This document shows positions 54,965 to 64,000 of a DNA stretch of 64,000 bases, piece after piece; the first letter of the stretch is position 1; every line of letters begins with the position of its first letter. Source of the DNA: Bacteroidales bacterium (GTDB lineage Bacteria > Bacteroidota > Bacteroidia > Bacteroidales > UBA932). The position numbers were made by a program, and so were the translations under genes. Under the pieces are notes generated by a model. The model was not told the DNA's origin, ran no database searches, and saw nothing but the letters and a program-made list of their open reading frames with translations. The stretch is taken from NCBI GenBank assembly GCA_017452265.1, contig JAFTMS010000023.1, forward strand, positions 22,856-86,855, given 5' to 3'.

Positions 54965-56284
54965 ATGATAAGCGGAAAGGCTGGATGCGGAATGCAGTAT
55001 GCCGTCAGGAAGGGCGGCTCGGCTGTGGGCTACTGCGCCCTCAGCATAAGGTGCGGCACACGCGATGAAGAAGGGTTCCACGGCGGCATAGCGCATTTCG
55101 TGGAGCATACCATATTCAAAGGCACGAAGCACAGGAGCGCTTCTGTGATAAACGGCTACCTGGACCGTCTCGGCGGTGAGCTGAACGCCTTCACTACGAA
55201 GGAGGAAATCGTGTTCCACGCGACCGTGCTGAAGGAGGATCTCGGAAAGGCGGCGGCTCTGCTGCTGGAGCTGGCGACGCAGGCGACATTCCCGGAACAT
55301 GAGATCCAGACGGAGAAGGGCGTGGTCATCGACGAAATAAATTCATACAAGGACACACCTTCCGAGGACATATACGACAGGTTCGAGGAGATGCTCTTCG
55401 AGGGGCATCCCCTGAGCGGTGCGATACTGGGCACGGCGGCTTCCGTCAGGAAAATCACGAGAGAAGAGCTGCTGAGGTTCGTGCGGGAGAAGTTCCTGCC
55501 GGAAAGGATGGCGTTCAGCATCGTGGCGGACATCGAGGAGAAGAAGATGGAGAGGGACGTGCTGAGGCTGGCGGAGCGGTTCTTCGGAGATTGTCACGGC
55601 ATGCAGGGCCTCGCAATGACGTACGGGATGAGCGGAACGGATTGCGAAGGCAGCGTGAGGGACAATGGCAGGCCGAATGCGGCGGAGAAGGAAGGATGGC
55701 CGGCTGGCGGCGCGGACGGCCCGGCGGGGGTGCGGTTCGACAAGACGCTCAACAAGAGGAATCATCAGGCGAACTGCGTCATCGGAGGGCTTGCACCTTC
55801 GCTCTATCAGGAACGCGAACGTCTCGCGACAGTGCTGCTGTGCAACATTTTAGGAGGGCCTGCCACGAATTCGATTCTGAATTCAGTCCTGCGCGAGAAG
55901 AACGGCTGGGTGTACGGAGTGGAATGCTCATACACCCAATACGCAGACACCGGCATTGCGACAATCTGCCTCGGATGCGACAAGGACAATCTTGACAAAT
56001 GTCTGCAGGCCATCGACAAGGAACTGGCCAAGCTGCAGGCAGAGCCGCTTTCGGAGCGCAGGCTCAAGGCGGCGAAGAAGCAGCTGCTCGGCCAGCTGGC
56101 AATCAGCGGGGACAACGGCGAGACGCAGTGTCTGTCGATGGGCAAGGGCCTGCTCGCATACGGCAAGGTGTCTTCCGGGAAGGAGAACAGGACGCTCGTG
56201 GAGGCCATAAGTGCCGAAGACGTAAGGGAAATGGCATGCCGGATCTTCGCAAAGGAGAATCTTTCACGACTCATATATATATAA
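54965..56284 (+). CDS. M16 family (pitrilysin-like) zinc peptidase
   Basis: GIAHFVEH..FKGT (HxxEH), LNAFTTKE, EKGVVIDEI, LREKNGWVY. Confidence 0.92.
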   Translation: MISGKAGCGMQYAVRKGGSAVGYCALSIRCGTRDEEGFHGGIAHFVEHTIFKGTKHRSASVINGYLDRLGGELNAFTTKEEIVFHATVLKEDLGKAAALLLELATQATFPEHEIQTEKGVVIDEINSYKDTPSEDIYDRFEEMLFEGHPLSGAILGTAASVRKITREELLRFVREKFLPERMAFSIVADIEEKKMERDVLRLAERFFGDCHGMQGLAMTYGMSGTDCEGSVRDNGRPNAAEKEGWPAGGADGPAGVRFDKTLNKRNHQANCVIGGLAPSLYQERERLATVLLCNILGGPATNSILNSVLREKNGWVYGVECSYTQYADTGIATICLGCDKDNLDKCLQAIDKELAKLQAEPLSERRLKAAKKQLLGQLAISGDNGETQCLSMGKGLLAYGKVSSGKENRTLVEAISAEDVREMACRIFAKENLSRLIYI

Positions 56285-56294
56285 GTCCACGACC

Positions 56295-56963
56295 ATGGAA
56301 CAGACATACAGGTACATTCAGGATCATGCATCTGACCTGCGATGCACATTCGGAGACAAGCCAGGAGAAGCCCTGGAATGGGTTGAAAAACAGACGCACA
56401 TCAGGACCAACCACGCCAGGATGCTGTCCGGAGTGGTGCAGGGACGCATAATGAACATGCTTGCAAAGACATCCCGGGCAGCGAGAATCCTCGAGCTGGG
56501 CACATTCACCGGCTATTCGGCCATATGCCTCGCGTCCGCCCTGCCTGAGGACGGCCACATGGACACCCTCGAACTGAATGACGAACTGGAGGACCTCATC
56601 CTTGAAGGATTCAGCCGCGCAGGGCTTGAAGACCGCATAAGCCTGCACATCGGGGACTGCAAGGAGACGCTCAAAAGGCTGAAGGAAACGGAGACGGAGC
56701 AATACGACATCGTATACATAGACGCGAACAAGCGCGAATACTGTGAATACTACGACCTCGTCTTCGACATGGTGCGTCCGGGCGGCCTCATATTGGCGGA
56801 CAATGTGCTGTGGGACGGAAAAGTGTGCATGAACCCGGTTCCTCAGGACAGACAGACCCTCGAAATAGTCCGCTTCAACGAAACGATCGCCGCCGACCCT
56901 CGCGTCGAAGCCGTAATCCTACCCCTTCGCGACGGCCTGAACGTCATCCGGAAAAAGGACTGA
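56295..56963 (+). CDS. Class I SAM-dependent O-methyltransferase (caffeoyl-CoA OMT/TrmR-like)
   Basis: ILELGTFTGYSA, YIDANK, GGLILADNVLW.G, LP.RDGL. Confidence 0.9.
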   Translation: MEQTYRYIQDHASDLRCTFGDKPGEALEWVEKQTHIRTNHARMLSGVVQGRIMNMLAKTSRAARILELGTFTGYSAICLASALPEDGHMDTLELNDELEDLILEGFSRAGLEDRISLHIGDCKETLKRLKETETEQYDIVYIDANKREYCEYYDLVFDMVRPGGLILADNVLWDGKVCMNPVPQDRQTLEIVRFNETIAADPRVEAVILPLRDGLNVIRKKD

Positions 56964-57058
56964 TTTTCCGGAGCAGGGGCTCAAAAAGCGGGGGTGCTCC
57001 GGAAAAAGGCGCGTTTTTCCGGAGCAGTCAGGGAATCCGACTGGCGCTCTCGGGAAAA
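56947..57058. repeat. Cluster of alternating inverted TTTTCCGGAGCA repeats (hairpins, possible terminator)
   Basis: ttttccggagca 56964, tgctccggaaaa 56995, ttttccggagca 57015; degenerate copies at 56947 and 57046. Confidence 0.75.
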
Positions 57059-57169
57059 GAGAGGCCAAAAATCGACAATTGACGATTTTTAAACGTTTTT
57101 TTACAGCATTCAAACCTTTTCCAGGCCGGGGATTGACTATATTTGTGAAAAATCATAACACAAAGCGGT

Positions 57170-58111
57170 ATGGAAACTTATCTCGGCTTGGATTTAGGTG
57201 GGACAAAGCTCCTTATAGGGGAAGTCGACGGGCACGGAAATGTGCTTAAATACAAGAAGTACACATCCGGGTACTTCAACCAGCAGGCTGCCCTGGCCAT
57301 CATAAGGGAGTCACTGGATGACTACATCGCCACAACCGGGTGGAGCGACGGCAGGCCCGCGGCAATGGGCGTGGGACTGATTGGCCGTGTGGATCCGAAC
57401 AAGGGAATCTGGCATCAGATCGACCCGAACAGGACACATCCCATCGAGCTCGCCAAAGAGCTTGAACAGGCCTACGGCATACCGTGCAGAATCGACAACG
57501 ACGTGAAGAGTGCGACAAGGGCGGAGCGCGTCTGGGGCGTTGGCCAGTACTCGAAGGACTTCGTATATATCAATGTGGGAACGGGTATCGCAGTGGGTAC
57601 TGTCGTGAACGGCAGGCAGATACGCGGAAGTCATTTCAATGCAGGAGAGGCCGGTCACACAAGAGTGGGAGTGAACCTCGGTGTGAAATGCGTCTGCGGA
57701 AGGTACGACTGCGTGGAGAGCATAGCGTCAGGAAGCGGAATCGACCAGTGCGCAAGGCTTCTGTGCAAGGATTATGAGACCAGCCTGCCGATACCGCCGG
57801 AAAACGAGGGACGAGTGAAGGCTCACGATGTGTTCAGGCTGTGCCAGGAGGGCGATCCGCTCTGCAAGGTGCTGGCGGACAATGCTGCTGAAGGCATCGC
57901 AAATCTGATAATGAATATGGTGCGCATCACGGATCCGGACACGGTCGTGCTCGGCGGAGGTGTGGTGGCAGAGGAATACATGTTCGAGAACGTGCTCCGC
58001 AAGCTGCATCCGTCCACCATGCGCTTCGTGACCAACGGAGTGGTGCTGACCAAGCTCAATCCCGAATTCATAGGACTTCTCGGTGCATGCGCCGTGGCAA
58101 TGAACATGTAG
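57170..58111 (+). CDS. ROK-family sugar kinase
   Basis: GLDLGGTK, DNDV, GTGI, GEAGH, CVCG..DC.E; no N-terminal HTH; TATATTTG promoter element at 57138. Confidence 0.88.
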   Translation: METYLGLDLGGTKLLIGEVDGHGNVLKYKKYTSGYFNQQAALAIIRESLDDYIATTGWSDGRPAAMGVGLIGRVDPNKGIWHQIDPNRTHPIELAKELEQAYGIPCRIDNDVKSATRAERVWGVGQYSKDFVYINVGTGIAVGTVVNGRQIRGSHFNAGEAGHTRVGVNLGVKCVCGRYDCVESIASGSGIDQCARLLCKDYETSLPIPPENEGRVKAHDVFRLCQEGDPLCKVLADNAAEGIANLIMNMVRITDPDTVVLGGGVVAEEYMFENVLRKLHPSTMRFVTNGVVLTKLNPEFIGLLGACAVAMNM

Positions 58112-58113
58112 CC

Positions 58114-58839
58114 ATGAAGATAACGACAGTCGTTGACGAACAGGCATTCGATGCCACCGCCGCATGGAGGATAATCGGCCAAGCGGTTGCGAAAAGGGAT
58201 TCCGTCATAGGTCTCTCTACAGGTAGAACCACAGGAAACATGCACAGAAAGGTGGTGGAAATCAGCAAGGTATCCCCTTTCGACACATCAGCGCTCACAA
58301 TCGTCGGAGTGGATGAAGTGGTGAATGTACCGAGGGAATATGCCGGAGCATGCTACACGATGCTCAAGACTGAGATTACGGACGGGTTAGGCATTTCTGA
58401 AGAGAACTTCCTCATGCTGCCGACGAAATCGTCCGATTTCCCAAAGGCTTGCCGGGAGTTCACGGACGCAATCGCGGCAAGAGGTGGCATGGATCTGCTG
58501 ATTCTCGGACTCGGAGAGAACGGACATCTCGGATTCAACCAGCCGGGAACGCCTTTCGACTCCACGGCATGGGTGAGCGAAATGTATCCGGAACTGGAGC
58601 AGAGGATAAGAAGGGAGACGCAGACACCGGAAGACATCTGGCTTGGCGGAGTGACGCTCGGACTGAAGGACATGATGCATGCAAGGCGCATCATACTGGT
58701 GGCAAAGGGAAGAAACAAGGCGGAATCCGTACGGAAGATGGTGTACGGGCCGCTCAGCGAAGAGCATCCGGCAAGCATTCTGAGACTGCATCCGGACTGC
58801 GAGGTGCTGCTGGACAGGGAGGCGGCGGCACTACTATGA
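58114..58839 (+). CDS. Glucosamine-6-phosphate deaminase-like protein (NagB family)
   Basis: GLSTGRT, VDE, GG.DL.ILGLGENGHLGFNQP, A.G..KA, PASIL.LH. Confidence 0.82.
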   Translation: MKITTVVDEQAFDATAAWRIIGQAVAKRDSVIGLSTGRTTGNMHRKVVEISKVSPFDTSALTIVGVDEVVNVPREYAGACYTMLKTEITDGLGISEENFLMLPTKSSDFPKACREFTDAIAARGGMDLLILGLGENGHLGFNQPGTPFDSTAWVSEMYPELEQRIRRETQTPEDIWLGGVTLGLKDMMHARRIILVAKGRNKAESVRKMVYGPLSEEHPASILRLHPDCEVLLDREAAALL

Positions 58840-58862
58840 TGACACTCAAACCATAACCGCAT

Positions 58863-60119
58863 ATGAAGAAGAATACACAGCATAACTACACCGGGCCTTT
58901 TCTGGCCATGGTATTCCTGTTTCTCATCGTGGGTTTCCTGACCACTGCAAACACGCAGTTCCAGGGCCCGCTCAGGGAGGCTTTCCTCAGCGACGCAGGC
59001 TCACTCAAGAACACCTTCGCCACCCTGATCACATTCTCATGGTTTCTCGCCTACCCTCTAAGCGGCCCTCTCGGCTCAAGATGGGTGAACAGCCACGGAT
59101 ACAAGGGTACGCTCCTGCGCGGACTCATGGTGATGGCGGCAGGCCTCGCCCTCTTCTTCCTGTCCTCATGGATCACCGTCAGATTCCCTGAGGCAGTCAT
59201 CGGCTCGGGAGCAGTCCGGCTGCATACCGGATTCCTCATATTCCTTCTCGGATCATTCGTCGTGGGAGCTTCTGCCACGATTCTCCAGGTGGTGATAAAC
59301 CCTTATCTTTCAGCATGTCACATCAAGGGAACCCAATCCATACAGAGGCTTGCCATCGGCGGAACGGCCAATTCCATAGGAACGACTGTCGCCCCGTATT
59401 TCGTGACGGGAATAGTCTTCGGAGGCGTTGCCGTGGAGGATGTCAGCGTCGACAGCATCATGGTTCCTTTCCTTGCGCTCACTGCCGTAATCCTCGTGCT
59501 CCTTGCGCTGATGTCCCGGTTCACTCTTCCAGACATCGAAGGTACCAGAAACGACGGCAGTGAAAAGTTGGAGAAGAGCGTATGGTCGTTCAGCCATCTG
59601 GCGCTCGGCGTCATCGCCATATTCTTCTACGTGGGCGTGGAGGTGTGCATCGGCGGGAACATAAACCTCTATGCAATCGAGAAAGGTCTCGCCTCCCCGG
59701 CCCTGCTTGCGACCGTCTACTGGGGTGGGATGCTGGCAGGACGAAGCATCGGAAGCTCGCTCAGCCGCATATCTCCGAAAACCCAGCTCATCATCACGAC
59801 CGTTGCCGCATCGGTTCTCGTATGTCTGGCAATGATATTCGACAACCCTTGGATACTCGCCTGCGTGGGCCTGTTCCACTCCATCATGTGGGGTGCGATA
59901 TTCACCCTCGCGACGGCAAGACTCGGCAAATATACTTCGATCGCTTCGGGCGTATTCATGATCGGAGTCGTGGGCGGCGCAATACTCCCGCTGCTACAGG
60001 GAATGATTGCAGACATGACCGGCGTGTGGAGAGGATCATGGTTCATCGTACTTTTCGGAGAGCTGTTCATGCTTGCCTATGCCCTCTGGGGGTCGAAGAT
60101 ACGCCAGACAGCGGACTGA
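58863..60119 (+). CDS. MFS sugar transporter (FucP/GluP-like)
   Basis: GYK.TL..GL, LQVVINPY, IFFYVGVEV, SIMWGAIF.LA...LG, GGAILP..QG. Confidence 0.88.
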   Translation: MKKNTQHNYTGPFLAMVFLFLIVGFLTTANTQFQGPLREAFLSDAGSLKNTFATLITFSWFLAYPLSGPLGSRWVNSHGYKGTLLRGLMVMAAGLALFFLSSWITVRFPEAVIGSGAVRLHTGFLIFLLGSFVVGASATILQVVINPYLSACHIKGTQSIQRLAIGGTANSIGTTVAPYFVTGIVFGGVAVEDVSVDSIMVPFLALTAVILVLLALMSRFTLPDIEGTRNDGSEKLEKSVWSFSHLALGVIAIFFYVGVEVCIGGNINLYAIEKGLASPALLATVYWGGMLAGRSIGSSLSRISPKTQLIITTVAASVLVCLAMIFDNPWILACVGLFHSIMWGAIFTLATARLGKYTSIASGVFMIGVVGGAILPLLQGMIADMTGVWRGSWFIVLFGELFMLAYALWGSKIRQTAD

Positions 60120-60142
60120 TTTTCACAAACAAACACAACACA

Positions 60143-60895
60143 ATGAACATCAAGGCAATAACAGCAACCGTAGTTCTTCTCGCAGCTGCCGCATGCACCT
60201 CCGGGGAAGACAAGGTCCTTGTCCTGACGGAACGGGGAGGACAGCACGGTCCGTTCACTGATGCTGCCCTCGAATGGCTCGCGCAGCACGGACAGGAGAA
60301 CGGCTACACAATCACTGAAATCAACAACACAGACCCTATCACTCAGGAGTATCTCGAAGGATTCGATGCCATCATACAGCTCGACTATCCGCCTTTCGGA
60401 TGGACAGAAGAGGCCATGAAGGCATTTCAGAAGTACATGGAGGACGGCAAAGGGGGCTGGGTCGGCTTCCATCATGCGAGCCTCATCGGCAATTTCCGTG
60501 AAGGATGGCCGGTCTGGGAGTGGTTCAGGCAGTTCATGGGAGGCATCACATATCAGAACTACATAGCGGAACTGACCGACGGAACGATGCATGTCGAGAC
60601 TCCCGGACATCCTGTGATGAAGGGTGTCAGCCCTGAAGTGCTCATCGAGGATGACGAGTTCTATATATTCGACAGGTCTCCGCGCGGAAAGGTAAGGGTG
60701 CTCGCGACAGTGGACGAGGACAGCTACACGGCGCAGACCCCTGTCAGAATGGGCGACCACCCCGTCGTATGGACAAATGAGGACATCAAGGGAAGAAATG
60801 TATACATCCTCATGGGACACAGCCCGAAACTGCTTCAGAGCGAAGACTTCACAAAAATGTTTTCCAACTCCATACTCTGGAGTCTGGAAAGATAG
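60143..60895 (+). CDS. ThuA-like domain lipoprotein
   Basis: Lipobox AAAC from ATG 60143; GGWVGFHHA, HPVM.G, DEFY, VDE.SY, MGDHPVVW, MGH. Confidence 0.82.
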   Translation: MNIKAITATVVLLAAAACTSGEDKVLVLTERGGQHGPFTDAALEWLAQHGQENGYTITEINNTDPITQEYLEGFDAIIQLDYPPFGWTEEAMKAFQKYMEDGKGGWVGFHHASLIGNFREGWPVWEWFRQFMGGITYQNYIAELTDGTMHVETPGHPVMKGVSPEVLIEDDEFYIFDRSPRGKVRVLATVDEDSYTAQTPVRMGDHPVVWTNEDIKGRNVYILMGHSPKLLQSEDFTKMFSNSILWSLER

Positions 60896-60903
60896 GAAAA
60901 ACT

Positions 60904-63294
60904 ATGCAAAAGACTGCTGCCCTATCTGCGGCATTGCTGGTCACAATGACGGCGGCCGCGCAGGTGTACGTGACGGAAGATCCCGTCCTTGAAAGACAGC
61001 TGCTCGAAAGCGGCCTCCTGCACTCCCCTCTGCCCGTGGACAAGGAATTTTCCTTCGAGACGGGATGCCTGCATCTGCCTGTCCTCAAGGACGAACCGCT
61101 CGGAGCTTCGGAAAGCGACTGGAGCTTTGAAGGCACAGGCAGGCTGTTCTTCAGGGACGGCAGGATAGTCATGGAGCATCCGACGCTTACGGGCAGGAGG
61201 GCGCAGGGACCGCCTGACGACCCGGACTATGCTACATACGGAAGCGCCTCGGCAGTCTGCGACATGCACGGCCGCGACCTCAGCGGCTACAACCGCATTG
61301 TCCTGAATATATATCCGGACTGCGAGGGCGGAAGGGTGACAGGTCTGAATCTGAACATAGGCCGGGCCGCCTCACATCTGATGAACCTCAGAAACAGGGA
61401 ATGGAACACCTGCATTCTGGATCTCAGTGAGATAGAAAGGGATCACGTGCACCGCATCAGCCTCCACACCACGATAAAGGGACGCGACGTCACTGCCGGG
61501 GATACTGCAAGATTCATAATCGGAGATATACGTCTGCAGCAGACGGCGGAACCTGACAGGCAAAAGGGGTGGGAACCGATGAGCAATAAGATAATCGTCT
61601 CATACTCAGGCTATATGCCGGGCATGAAGAAGACAGCGATAATCAGCGGAGATGCTCTGGATGAGAACAGGAATTTCTGTATCGAGAGCATCGACGGCAA
61701 GGTGCGGTTCAAGGGAAAGGTCAAGGAGGAGATCAGCAGCATCGGACGCTACGGCGTCATGGACTTTTCCGGATTCGACCGCAGCGGAGAATATGTAATC
61801 CGCACCGAGGAGCTCGTCTCCAGACCGTTCCACATTTCGGACAGGGTCTGGGAAAATTCCCAATGGAGGGTGCTGAACTTCATCTATGCTCAGAGATGCG
61901 GCTGCCATGTGCCGGGGATACACGGCGAGTGCCATAACGACCTGTTCGCAATGCATGACGGCAGGAGGATTTCATACGGAGGCGGATGGCATGACGCCGG
62001 AGACCTCTCGCAGCAGACACTGCAGACCGGAGATGTGGCCTATGCCCTTTTAGAGGCATATGAGGCAGTCCGTGAAAGCAATCCTCTTCTTGCCGGCAGG
62101 CTTCTGGAGGAAGCGCGCTGGGGCCTCGACCTCGAAATCGGAAGCCGCTTCGGAGACGGGTGGAGGGCCAGCAGCATGGGCCTTCTCCACTGGACCGACG
62201 GAGAAACAGGTACATATGACGACATCACCACGGTCCGCACTCAGAATCTCGCATTCGACAACTTCCTGCACGCAGGATACGAAGCATTCGCGGCCATGAC
62301 CATACCCGACGACGATGCGATGGAAGGACATCTGACGAAAATAGCGGAAGAGGATTTCGCATTTGCCATGGAAAAGTTCCGCAGGGACGGATTCGACACA
62401 TTCCTGTACATGTACGAACATAGCTACAACACATCTCCAAGCCAGTACATGGCCACTGTGTCATGGGCCGCAAGCCAGCTCTACCTCCTCACGGGGAAGC
62501 AGGAATATGCCGACGCTGCCGTGGAAAGCATACGCTATACTCTTGACTGCCAGCGCAAGGATCCTGTTGCCGGCGGGCTGGACGGCTGGTTCTACAGAGA
62601 CAAGGACAGAAAATCCATCGTGCACTACATCCACCAGTCGCGCGAGCAGGTGTACATGCAGGCGCTGACCCTGCTCTGCAGCACGCAGCCGGAGCATAAG
62701 GACAAGCCTCTATGGGAAGAGTCCATAAGGCTTTACGGCGGGTATCTGAAGTCGCTGATGCAGTACACGGCTCCGTACGGAATGCTCCCGAGCGGAATCT
62801 ATCACATCGACGAGCACAAGGACAGCGGAAGTTTCGCCCATCTTCATATATTTGCACCTGAAGATGCGCCGCAGAGATATGTGGAGCAGCTCAGGAAGGG
62901 CGTGCAGGTGGACGATGAGCATTATGTGAAGCGTTTCCCTGTGTGGTTCAACATCTTCAACGGAAACACGGCCGTTCATCTTTCGATGGGAAAGGCTGCG
63001 GCGCTCTGCGGGAAGCATCTTGGAGATGAGGAACTGATGCAGATTGCGGCCGAGCAGCTGTACTGGACCGTCGGAAAGAATCCGTTCGGACAGTCGCTGA
63101 TATACGGAGAAGGATATGATTATCCGCAGATGAGCAGCTTCTCGAGCGGAGAGATCACGGGTGAGATGCCTGTGGGAATAAGGACATACGGAGATGAGGA
63201 CATTCCGTTCTGGCCGGCGGTGAACAATGCGTGCTACAAGGAGGTGTGGCTGACCTCCGCCGGGAAATGGCTGTCCCTCATTGCAGAATTTTAA
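60904..63294 (+). CDS. GH9-like glycoside hydrolase with N-terminal accessory domain
   Basis: Signal peptide; Ig-like SGY.P..KKTA, QRCG..VPG.H..CH.D, GGWHDAGD, W..GKNPFGQSL.YG.G, KEVW. Confidence 0.78.
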   Translation: MQKTAALSAALLVTMTAAAQVYVTEDPVLERQLLESGLLHSPLPVDKEFSFETGCLHLPVLKDEPLGASESDWSFEGTGRLFFRDGRIVMEHPTLTGRRAQGPPDDPDYATYGSASAVCDMHGRDLSGYNRIVLNIYPDCEGGRVTGLNLNIGRAASHLMNLRNREWNTCILDLSEIERDHVHRISLHTTIKGRDVTAGDTARFIIGDIRLQQTAEPDRQKGWEPMSNKIIVSYSGYMPGMKKTAIISGDALDENRNFCIESIDGKVRFKGKVKEEISSIGRYGVMDFSGFDRSGEYVIRTEELVSRPFHISDRVWENSQWRVLNFIYAQRCGCHVPGIHGECHNDLFAMHDGRRISYGGGWHDAGDLSQQTLQTGDVAYALLEAYEAVRESNPLLAGRLLEEARWGLDLEIGSRFGDGWRASSMGLLHWTDGETGTYDDITTVRTQNLAFDNFLHAGYEAFAAMTIPDDDAMEGHLTKIAEEDFAFAMEKFRRDGFDTFLYMYEHSYNTSPSQYMATVSWAASQLYLLTGKQEYADAAVESIRYTLDCQRKDPVAGGLDGWFYRDKDRKSIVHYIHQSREQVYMQALTLLCSTQPEHKDKPLWEESIRLYGGYLKSLMQYTAPYGMLPSGIYHIDEHKDSGSFAHLHIFAPEDAPQRYVEQLRKGVQVDDEHYVKRFPVWFNIFNGNTAVHLSMGKAAALCGKHLGDEELMQIAAEQLYWTVGKNPFGQSLIYGEGYDYPQMSSFSSGEITGEMPVGIRTYGDEDIPFWPAVNNACYKEVWLTSAGKWLSLIAEF

Positions 63295-63318
63295 GAAGCT
63301 TCCAAGTATTTATAAGAT

Positions 63319-64000
63319 ATGAAAACACCTACAAGACTTATGACATTTGCGGCATGTATCATCATGCTGGCAGGATGCGCTGCTGGAAAGCAGGCACGCC
63401 CGGCAGACTATGCCGGTTCAAGAGTCCGTTTCAAGGCTCTGATCCACTACACGGAATATGCCGAGGAAGCCCACGTGCAGTTCGCCCACCAGACAATAGA
63501 CTTCTACAGGAAACTGACCGTCGGGAACGGCTTCCAGCTTGACGTGACCCGGAACCTTGCCGACTACACTCCGGAAGAGCTCATGGAGTATAACGTCATC
63601 ATAAGCCCGAACACCACTCCGCATTCAAAGGCCGAGCGTGAACTTTTCGAAAAGTATATGGACAACGGCGGAGGATGGGTAGGCTTCCATGCGGCAGCCT
63701 ACAATGACAGAAACACCAACTGGCCTTGGTTCCTGCAGTTCATCGGAGGCGGTGTGTTCAAATGCAACAACTGGCCTCCGCAGCCGGCTCTGATCGAGGT
63801 GGACAAGGCAAAGCATCCGGTGACGAAGAACCTGCCTGAGGAATTTGTGATTCCGGCAAGCGAATATTACCAGTGGACTCCTGAGCCACGGGCCAACAAG
63901 GACATAGAGGTGCTCATGTCGCTTTCTCCGAAGAACTATCCTATCGGTCTGAAGGACATCGTCTACGGTGACGACTGGCCGATGGTATGGACAAACAGGA
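63319..64000 (+). CDS. Second ThuA-like domain lipoprotein, 3'-truncated by the window edge
   Basis: Hand translation MKTPTRLMTFAACIIMLAGC...GGGWVGFHAAAYND...HPVTKNLP...SEYYQW; open to the end of the window. Confidence 0.8.
   Translation, partial: MKTPTRLMTFAACIIMLAGCAAGKQARPADYAGSRVRFKALIHYTEYAEEAHVQFAHQTIDFYRKLTVGNGFQLDVTRNLADYTPEELMEYNVIISPNTTPHSKAERELFEKYMDNGGGWVGFHAAAYNDRNTNWPWFLQFIGGGVFKCNNWPPQPALIEVDKAKHPVTKNLPEEFVIPASEYYQWTPEPRANKDIEVLMSLSPKNYPIGLKDIVYGDDWPMVWTNR

Overview
High-GC Bacteroidales chromosomal window. The taxon is inferred from TAnnTTTG promoters, SusC/SusD genes, lipoprotein signals and 'TKT' pilin-like proteins; the style resembles RC9/UBA932-type gut Bacteroidales. 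In order it holds: the 3' part of a GH2 gene, an S8 protease lipoprotein, queH, a low-GC AlwI-family restriction-modification island (~5.05-9.2 kb), a wHTH/membrane protein pair, an NhaC-family transporter, and a lower-GC, partly decayed array of surface-protein genes with 145-bp direct repeats (~11.9-15.3 kb). Next come an iron locus (feoAB, candidate sRNA, hemerythrin-like protein, LuxR-type regulator), a WG-repeat protein, tRNA-Leu(GAG), lptB and dnaX. A ~25-kb IclR-associated uronic-acid polysaccharide utilisation locus follows (GH88, uxuA, SSS, RraA-like, uxaC, SDR, 41-aa peptide, pilin-like proteins, GH39-like, heparinase II/III-like, two SusC, SusD, beta-helix lipoprotein, GH2). The window ends with an M16 peptidase, an O-methyltransferase and a ROK/NagB-like/MFS/ThuA/GH9 cluster. 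Best leads: (1) a promoter- and terminator-bounded ~110-nt non-coding unit between feoB and a hemerythrin + atypical-receiver LuxR pair, with NarL-like 7-2-7 boxes, suggesting an undescribed iron-responsive circuit; (2) cassette-like palindromic direct repeats; (3) an unannotated peptide heading a pilin-like module; (4) REP-like DNA retained in-frame in three housekeeping genes. All product calls come from motif recognition by eye; no database searches were run.
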